This document shows, in pieces, positions 57,315-64,000 of a stretch of 64,000 bases of DNA. The stretch comes from an uncultured Chlorobiaceae bacterium. GTDB taxonomy: Bacteria; Bacteroidota; Chlorobiia; Chlorobiales; Chlorobiaceae. The stretch spans positions 8,662 through 72,661 of the forward strand of contig CAIQGA010000111.1 of NCBI GenBank assembly GCA_903871235.1. The letters run 5' to 3'. Within the stretch, counting starts at the first letter, position 1. Each line of letters begins with the position of its first letter. A model generated the notes under the pieces. The model was not told where the DNA came from and ran no database searches. It saw only the letters and a list, made by a program, of their open reading frames with translations. A program made the translations under genes and the position numbers.

Positions 57315-59756
57315 CTACATGAGGTTCTGGGGATCGACGTCAACCGTAAAGCTGAGCCCTGCGGAACGGAAGCGGGCCATAATGTCGTCGCCCATCTGTT
57401 TGACAAAAAGTGGCGAGAGTTTGCCATCAAGGAGTTTGACCACAACCTGGTAGCGGTAGCGTCCCCTTATTTTTGCAATACAGGCTGGTGCAGGTCCAAG
57501 GATAGCTCCCTTTTCTGCAGGCAGTTGCAGTGCCAGCGTGTTTTTGCACGAGAGCGCTGCCGCTTCCGCCTGCTTTTCATCCTCTGCACTGCACTCAAAT
57601 TTGATGAGCCGCGAGGCAGGGGGGTAGTGGAGCTCCTTTCTTATGGCGCTCTCCTGGAGAAAAAACTTTTCATAACTCTCCTTTCCCTGTAAAAGAGCGG
57701 GAAAAACATCGTTCTCCATATTGTACACCTGGAAGTAGACCTCTCCCGGCAGCACAGAGCGCCCTGCACGTCCGGCAACCTGGGTGAGCAGTGAAAATGT
57801 TCTCTCTGAAGCGCGGAAGTCGGGGATATTGAGCCCGATATCGGCCATGAGAACTCCCACAAGGGTGACCGCCGGAAAATCGAGCCCTTTGGCCACCATT
57901 TGCGTGCCGAGCAGAATTCGCGCCTTGCGGTCGTGAAACTCCGTCAGAATCCGCCCGTGAGAGCCCTTGGTGGTGGTGGTATCAACATCCATACGGAGAA
58001 TCTTTTCATCGGGAAAGAGAGTCTTCAGCTCCTCCTCAATGCGCTCGGTACCGCTGCTTTTATAAAAAAGATTGGTCGAAGAGCACTTCAGGCACGACTC
58101 CGTAAATCTTTTGGTATGGCCGCAGTAGTGGCAACGGAGCTGTTTTTGGGTGGAGTGGTAGACCAGAGGAATATTGCAGAAGCGGCAGAGAGGGATATGG
58201 CCACAATCAAGGCAGAAGAGACTTCCGGCAAAGCCCCTCCTGTTTTGCAGAAGAATGACCTGCTCATCTTTTTCAAGACGAATCTCTATCTGACGGCAGA
58301 GGAGTTCTGAAATTGACGACGAGGCCTTTGGGCTCCCTTTCATCCAGATAAGTGTGAGCTTGGGCATGGTTGCCCCATCAACCCGTTCAGGAAGATTGAT
58401 CAGGGTATATTTGCCCGTGACCGAGTTGTTGTACGACTCAAACGAAGGAGTGGCCGAACCGAGCACGCAAATAGCCTGACTGAACATAGCTCTCATCACA
58501 GCCGTGTCACGCCCGTTGTAGCGGGGATTGCGATCCTGCTTGTAGGCGCTGTCGTGCTCTTCGTCCACAATAATTGCTCCGAGGTTCTCAAGCGGAGCAA
58601 AGATGGTTGAACGGGCGCCAAGGGCAATTTTTGTTTTTCCAAGCCGGAGGCTGTGCCAGGCATCATATTTCTCCTGATTGCTCATGGCACTGTGAAGGAT
58701 GGTGATCTCTTCATGAAAGTGCTCACGGAAGCGGCCTGCGGTCTGGGGGGTCAGCGCTATTTCAGGCACCAGCACAATGGCGGTTTTTCCTGCCGCAAGA
58801 ACTTTCTTCAGCAGCTCTATATAAATCAGGGTTTTGCCGCTTCCGGTCACCCCGTGAAGCAGGAACGTGCGGTATTCCCTCTTGTCGAACGCACCAATCA
58901 ACTGCTCAAGCGCTTTTTGCTGTGAGGCTGTCGGCGTTTTTGGTGATTGCGCCACTTCAGTAAAGCCGGTTGTGAAGTGGCTTATCGTATCCTTTAAAAT
59001 TTTTTCAACAAACCCCTTTTTTTCAAGGGCGTTGAGCGTCTCTCGCGAGACGGCGATGGCTTCAGCAAAAGCGCTACTTTCACCGATAGCGGCCAGTTTC
59101 CGGATTGCCTCAAGCTGTTTTGGAGAGCTTTTCAGCAGCTCGTCAATATTTTCCGGTAATGAAGGGCTCAGGCACCAGGCAAGTTTTTGTTTTGCTTTTG
59201 TGGACGAGAACTTTTTTGAGAGCTTCAGATCCCCACCTCGTTCAAGCGCAGCAATGGTGCGGTAGAGCTGCTTTTTGCCGATCCGGCGCTGCAACTGATG
59301 CACCGTCAGTCGCTTCTCCACCATCATCACCTGCATGATTGAGCGCCGGAGCGCCGTGTTGATGACCTTCTGACCATCGCTCTTGAGCGCAAAATCGGTC
59401 ATTTCAACAATATCATCCACCGTTGTGCGTACAGCCGCCGGAAGGGCAGCCATCAGGGAGTCAACCCGCCTTGTAAAATAATAGTCGGCCATCCACGCGG
59501 TGAGGCGCAAGAGGGAGGGGCTGAGTACCGCCTCGCCGCCATAGAGCAGATCGAGGAGCTCTACGCTCGAGACCTCTTCTTCACCCTCCAGCGTTGCAAG
59601 GCTCAAAATGTAGCCGATCGAGACCCTTCCGTTACCTGTTTTTGCCGACATGAGCACCATGCACCCCGGATGGATGTCATGCTCAAGGCTTTCGGGCACC
59701 AGTGCAAAAAATGGCTCCCCCCTGAATAATTTTTCAGCCGCAATCAGTGCATGCAT
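57315..59756 (-). CDS. priA: Primosomal protein N'
   Basis: GVTGSGKT, LVPEIALTPQ, DEEHD, GSATPS, CLDC/CRFC/CHYC/CLKC zinc ligands, QVAGRAGR. Confidence 0.96.
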   Translation of the reverse strand: MHALIAAEKLFRGEPFFALVPESLEHDIHPGCMVLMSAKTGNGRVSIGYILSLATLEGEEEVSSVELLDLLYGGEAVLSPSLLRLTAWMADYYFTRRVDSLMAALPAAVRTTVDDIVEMTDFALKSDGQKVINTALRRSIMQVMMVEKRLTVHQLQRRIGKKQLYRTIAALERGGDLKLSKKFSSTKAKQKLAWCLSPSLPENIDELLKSSPKQLEAIRKLAAIGESSAFAEAIAVSRETLNALEKKGFVEKILKDTISHFTTGFTEVAQSPKTPTASQQKALEQLIGAFDKREYRTFLLHGVTGSGKTLIYIELLKKVLAAGKTAIVLVPEIALTPQTAGRFREHFHEEITILHSAMSNQEKYDAWHSLRLGKTKIALGARSTIFAPLENLGAIIVDEEHDSAYKQDRNPRYNGRDTAVMRAMFSQAICVLGSATPSFESYNNSVTGKYTLINLPERVDGATMPKLTLIWMKGSPKASSSISELLCRQIEIRLEKDEQVILLQNRRGFAGSLFCLDCGHIPLCRFCNIPLVYHSTQKQLRCHYCGHTKRFTESCLKCSSTNLFYKSSGTERIEEELKTLFPDEKILRMDVDTTTTKGSHGRILTEFHDRKARILLGTQMVAKGLDFPAVTLVGVLMADIGLNIPDFRASERTFSLLTQVAGRAGRSVLPGEVYFQVYNMENDVFPALLQGKESYEKFFLQESAIRKELHYPPASRLIKFECSAEDEKQAEAAALSCKNTLALQLPAEKGAILGPAPACIAKIRGRYRYQVVVKLLDGKLSPLFVKQMGDDIMARFRSAGLSFTVDVDPQNLM

Positions 59757-59827
59757 AGTGATGAATAAAAAAAAGCCAGCACAAAGGTACTGACTTTTTT
59801 ATTTGAATGACTCTTTGTTTCGGGTTT

Positions 59828-60484
59828 TCAGAGAGTCAAAGCTTCAAGAATCCTGTCGCGAATCTCCTCCACCTTTCCCGACCCCTCAATCTTGTAATAA
59901 CGCGGAGCATCTGCCGCCCCAGTCTTTGACAAGGTAGAGTAGTATTCGATCAGCGGGGCGGTTTGTGCATGATAAATTTGAAGCCGTTTTTTTACCGTAT
60001 TTTCATGATCATCCTCTCGTTGTACAAGAAGATCTCCGGTTTCATCATCAACGCCCGCTCTTTTTGGTGGATTGAAGAGCAGGTGATAGGTTCTGCCGGA
60101 AGCAAGATGCACACGGCGTCCGCTCATCCGGTCGATGATCTCCCGATCAGCAACATGGATCTCTACAATATGGTCAATGTGAATCCCGTCTTTTCTCAAC
60201 GATTCAGCCTGGTTAAGGGTACGGGGAAAGCCATCAAAAAGACATCCATTTGCGCAGTCAGCCTCCGTCAGGCGCTCCTTGACAAGAGCAATAATGATTT
60301 CATCAGAAACAAGTTGCCCGCTATCCATCACTTTTTTTGCAGCGATACCAAGAGGAGTGCCCGAATTGACCGCAGAGCGCAACATGTCGCCCGTTGATAT
60401 CTGCGGTATCCCGAGTGTTTTTGATATGTAGTTCGACTGCGTGCCTTTTCCGGCCCCTGGTGCTCCCAGTAGAATAATTCTCAT
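59828..60484 (-). CDS. adk: Adenylate kinase
   Basis: [30 protein letters not shown]. Confidence 0.96.
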   Translation of the reverse strand: MRIILLGAPGAGKGTQSNYISKTLGIPQISTGDMLRSAVNSGTPLGIAAKKVMDSGQLVSDEIIIALVKERLTEADCANGCLFDGFPRTLNQAESLRKDGIHIDHIVEIHVADREIIDRMSGRRVHLASGRTYHLLFNPPKRAGVDDETGDLLVQREDDHENTVKKRLQIYHAQTAPLIEYYSTLSKTGAADAPRYYKIEGSGKVEEIRDRILEALTL

Positions 60485-60494
60485 CAAACTGATT

Positions 60495-61274
60495 TTATAG
60501 GGTTTTTTTTGTCGTCACAATCATGATTTTTGGCTTTGGTGGCCTTGTTTCTTCTGCGGTCATATCGGCTGCGGGGGCGCTTGCAGATGACTCATTTTCT
60601 ACTTCAGCGCCTGAGAGGGGAGATTCGGCAAGGGGTGCCTCATCATGTTTAACGGCGGGTTTAAGCTGGATAGTTTGTATGGCTGGCTTTTTCTTGAATT
60701 CGATTGCCGTGCCCTTAGGGGCGCCTTCAGGTTTTGGCTGATGCTGCAACTGGAGATCATCAAAAATCTGCTGGGAAGCCGCAGCAGAGCCCTGGGTGTC
60801 GAGTGAACGGTACTGATAATCCTCATCACTGATCTGCTCTGTCCGGAACGCAAAATCCATTGCACCGAGCATCATTCTGATAACGCGGCGGCTTTCACCA
60901 AGGTCGCCCTTCGACTCTATGTGGGTTTCAGCCTTGGCATTGACCGTGGTGATACAACGACCGTTGATATCCTTCTCCTCAAGAAGCCCGAAGGTGACGT
61001 TTATTTTCAGACCAAAAAGGATAAAAGAACTCACTTCTGCGCGAATGGTAACCATGCCGCCCACAGCGGTTCTTTCGCTTACCAGGTTCCAGCCGAGCCA
61101 GTGATCGATTTTACTGAGAATAAAATCAGAGACGTCAGTGATTGGCCGGTCGTAGCGCCGTACTTTCAGTTCATTGAAAACGGGGTTTTCAGAGGTGTGC
61201 GTCGCATTGGTGGTAAGACCCTGGCAAGCTTTGTTAAATTCAGTTCTGAACGGAATAAGATCGATCAAATCCAT
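60495..61274 (-). CDS. Hypothetical protein with DUF1499-like N-terminal domain and low-complexity tail
   Basis: [22 protein letters not shown] resemble DUF1499; A/E/P/S-rich C-terminus. Confidence 0.55.
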   Translation of the reverse strand: MDLIDLIPFRTEFNKACQGLTTNATHTSENPVFNELKVRRYDRPITDVSDFILSKIDHWLGWNLVSERTAVGGMVTIRAEVSSFILFGLKINVTFGLLEEKDINGRCITTVNAKAETHIESKGDLGESRRVIRMMLGAMDFAFRTEQISDEDYQYRSLDTQGSAAASQQIFDDLQLQHQPKPEGAPKGTAIEFKKKPAIQTIQLKPAVKHDEAPLAESPLSGAEVENESSASAPAADMTAEETRPPKPKIMIVTTKKTL

Positions 61275-61295
61275 GATTACTAAGACGGTTAGAGA

Positions 61296-62375
61296 TTATT
61301 GCGGGTTCTGAATACCGACCGTCGCCAGTTGGCCACATGCCGCATTAATGGTGGTGCCGTAGCTTTTTCTGACAGTGACATGCAATCCGGCATTCATGAG
61401 GTATTGCTGGAACAGCTCTCTGGCAGCGCTATAAACAGGCTTGAATTTACTATTATTGATTGAATTGTAATCAATCAAATTTATTTTACACAAAAACGTT
61501 TTGGCAAACCGGGCAAGAATTTTGGCATCATCGAGAGAGTCGTTGATTCCCCTGAGAAGCAGATAGACAATGGTGACCGGCATTCCCGTCGAAGAACTGT
61601 ATTCAGAAAGTGCTTTTCCCAGCTCAGCCAGCGGATATTGACGGGCTGCAATCGGCATAAGCGACTCGCGTTTCTGTTGATCGGCTGAATGGAGCGAGAC
61701 TGCAAGCTTGGTTTTCATGCCCGACTTTGCAAGTCGCAGGATTTCAGGAATGACGCCCACCGTCGAAATAGTAATTCTTTTCTGCGAAAGGCAAAAACGG
61801 TAATTGCGCGTGGTGAGGTTTTCAATGGCTTCAATGACGTTATCGGTGTTCAGCAACGGCTCCCCCATTCCCATAAACACAATATTAGTCAGGGCTTTGC
61901 CCGGCTCCCTTGCAGCAACCAGATCGTTGAGCGCGTAGACTTGACCGGTAATTTCTCCGGCAGTAAGGTTGCGCCGAAAGCCCATTCTGCCCGTAGCACA
62001 AAAAGGGCACTGCAGCGGACATCCAATTTGCGATGAAACGCAGCCAGTCATCCGGTTTTCCGATGCAATCAAGACGCTTTCAACCTGGTTCCCGTCTTGC
62101 AACTCCAGCAAAATTTTTTGGGTAGGATTTTCGCAACCCTCTTCAAAGCACTCCTGATAGGTAACAGCGCTCAACTGATGAATCGAAAAACTCTCCGCAA
62201 GCTTTTTGCGCAACGCAAGACTTAAAATGGTCATTTCATCAAAAGTGGCTGCACGGTGGCTGAAGAGCCACTGGTGTATCTGTGTAGCCCTGAACGAGGG
62301 CTCACCCAGCGTACTCAATGCCTGCTGAAGTTCCTTGAGGGTAAGATCGGTAATATTCTGGAGCGGTTGGGTCAT
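61296..62375 (-). CDS. rlmN: 23S rRNA (adenine2503-C2)-methyltransferase, radical SAM
   Basis: CVSSQIGCPLQCPFCATG, VFMGMGEPL, LAVSLHS, NAACGQL. Confidence 0.96.
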   Translation of the reverse strand: MTQPLQNITDLTLKELQQALSTLGEPSFRATQIHQWLFSHRAATFDEMTILSLALRKKLAESFSIHQLSAVTYQECFEEGCENPTQKILLELQDGNQVESVLIASENRMTGCVSSQIGCPLQCPFCATGRMGFRRNLTAGEITGQVYALNDLVAAREPGKALTNIVFMGMGEPLLNTDNVIEAIENLTTRNYRFCLSQKRITISTVGVIPEILRLAKSGMKTKLAVSLHSADQQKRESLMPIAARQYPLAELGKALSEYSSSTGMPVTIVYLLLRGINDSLDDAKILARFAKTFLCKINLIDYNSINNSKFKPVYSAARELFQQYLMNAGLHVTVRKSYGTTINAACGQLATVGIQNPQ

Positions 62376-62840
62376 CAAAAGGGATCGTATTATGAAAAAA
62401 AATTGTCAACTCATAAAATAACCTTCTTAGGGCAATTTACAGTGAGAGAGTTCTTTTAATTTCTGAAAATGATTTTTTCGTCTGGGCGTCACCATTTTCG
62501 AGCGTCAAGGTAGCTTTGCATATTCCGCTCATCACAGCATAGATCCCGGCACCAGCCACGCTTCTTTCTCCTTGACAGGCTTTATGCCTCTTTCTGATGT
62601 ATCTTTGTTGTGTTTCCGGTGTTTTTGCCATCTGTAACTGATTGTATTTCTTTTATTTGATGTGAATTTATGATAAATAGTGGTGATGGTAATGCGTGTA
62701 ACCTGAGTCAGGTTTCCAGTTTTTAATGAGAGGGTCACTATCAGCAAAAATGGCCCTGTCTCCATAGAGAGGAAACGGGATAAGATGCGTTTCGTTATCT
62801 TATTTTGATACAATAATCTGGTAGGCTGGAGGCCTCTTGA

Positions 62841-64000
62841 ATGAACGTCTTTAAGACTCACGCAAGTATCATAGAGGATTATTCTTCCTACATCAGCAGT
62901 TTCATCTCCATTGCTGACCCCGACATCCGCCAGGTGGTTGATCGAGCATTAAGTACGGGCAAGCTTTGGCCAGAGCCACTCTTGCAGTTTAACCCTTCGT
63001 TTGAGATGTTTGGGGGGCTCGAAAAGCTGATCGAATCGAAAACTTTGCATGAGGCCATTGGTGACATTTTCAAAGGGTATAAACTCTATCGCCATCAGGT
63101 TGAGGCAATACAATTAGGGACCAGCGGCAAGGATTTTATTGTTACCTCCGGCACCGGCTCAGTCAAGTCGTTGACCTATATCGGCTCTATTTTTCACCAT
63201 CTGCTTTCCAACCCGGCAGCAAAAGGGGTAACAGCGGTTGTCGTCTATCCCATGAATGCCCTCATTAACTCGCAGTTCGAAGAGTTCAGCCGATACAAAA
63301 AGAATTATGAGGAGGCCACAGGCAAAGAGTTTCCGATCATTTTCGGCCAGTATACAGGCCAGGATGGTGAGGAGGCGCGGGAAAAAATGCGGAAGAACCC
63401 GCCGCATATCTTGCTGACCAACTACATGATGCTGGAGCTGTTGCTGACCCGCGTGCGTGAGCGAAACATTCGGGACAGTATCTACCTGAATCTCCGGTTT
63501 CTGGTCTTTGATGAACTGCACACCTATCGCGGTCGGCAGGGTGCGGATGTCTCCATGCTGATTCGGCGGATTCGATCCAACTGCGTCCAGCAGATTGTGA
63601 GTATCGGCACCTCAGCCACGATGATTTCTGATAGTGCTGGTGATATTGAGCAACAGAAAGCAGAGGTTGCCAAGGTTGCCACAACACTCTTTGGTTGCCC
63701 ATTCACCTCAGAGCAGGTTATCAACGAAAAGCTGGCCCGTTCACTCTCTCCCACCGGCACTATTCCGGCGAAGCATTTTCTTGCAGCGGCCATTGAGTCG
63801 GGCATTCATCAGGAGGATGATATTGAGGCACTCAAAAAGAATCCGATCGCCGTATGGCTGGAGAACAAGATTGCCCTTGAAGAGCGGGGAGGTGATCTCG
63901 CAAGGGGCAAACCAAAACGGCTGAGAGAGATTGCTGCTGAATTGGCGACCGATGCAGGGATGGCTGAAGAGAGGTGTCGCCTCTTTTTGGAGGAGTTACT
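62841..64000 (+). CDS. Large SF2 DEAD/DEAH-box helicase, YprA/DrmA-like; 3' end outside the window; missing from the ORF track
   Basis: My translation is open from the ATG at 62841 (GGAGG RBS) to the window end: LWPEPLLQFNPSF, LYRHQ, TSGTGSVKS, YPMNALINSQ, TNYMMLELLL, FDELHTYRGRQG, GTSAT. Confidence 0.88.
   Translation, partial: MNVFKTHASIIEDYSSYISSFISIADPDIRQVVDRALSTGKLWPEPLLQFNPSFEMFGGLEKLIESKTLHEAIGDIFKGYKLYRHQVEAIQLGTSGKDFIVTSGTGSVKSLTYIGSIFHHLLSNPAAKGVTAVVVYPMNALINSQFEEFSRYKKNYEEATGKEFPIIFGQYTGQDGEEAREKMRKNPPHILLTNYMMLELLLTRVRERNIRDSIYLNLRFLVFDELHTYRGRQGADVSMLIRRIRSNCVQQIVSIGTSATMISDSAGDIEQQKAEVAKVATTLFGCPFTSEQVINEKLARSLSPTGTIPAKHFLAAAIESGIHQEDDIEALKKNPIAVWLENKIALEERGGDLARGKPKRLREIAAELATDAGMAEERCRLFLEEL

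Noticed and set aside
62437-62861. Small minus-strand ORFs (64 and 109 aa) between rlmN and the helicase
   Set aside because: AT-rich regulatory-looking DNA with no recognisable domain.

Overview
64 kb of a bacterial chromosome, most likely a green sulfur bacterium (Chlorobiaceae). That assignment is inferred from protein sequence style and gene content, not from a search. Right part (about 38.2-62.4 kb): housekeeping genes (maf, sodium:solute symporter, pfkB kinase, alpha-amylase, truA, mltD, ArsA/Get3-like ATPase, serA, DAHP synthase, pgi, amtB-glnK, priA, adk, rlmN). Left and middle parts: accessory genes. (1) A cobamide salvage/remodelling pathway (Btu-like ABC ATPase and cbiR at 1-1.3 kb, cobU-cobT-cobS at 22.4-24.8 kb) is split by about 21 kb of other genes. 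(2) An atypical chaperone-usher-like pilus operon has four DUF4402-type pilins, one chaperone and one 927-aa usher-like protein (15.4-21.9 kb). (3) A signalling cluster has two CheB-CheR-PAS fusions, a partner histidine kinase, an archaeal-type SAM synthetase between them, two HD-GYP phosphodiesterases, and decayed kinase and GGDEF remnants (25.5-38.2 kb). (4) Smaller items: a vapBC-type TA pair, a MacAB-like ABC exporter, a SET-domain protein, and a repeat-protein gene behind a consensus sigma54 promoter. Two TCAGTNN heptamer arrays are intergenic. The window ends inside a large SF2 (YprA/DrmA-like) helicase that the ORF track missed and whose Walker A reads GSVKS instead of GSGKS. No rRNA, tRNA, CRISPR array or transposase was recognised. 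Family names come from motif recognition only; no database search was run.
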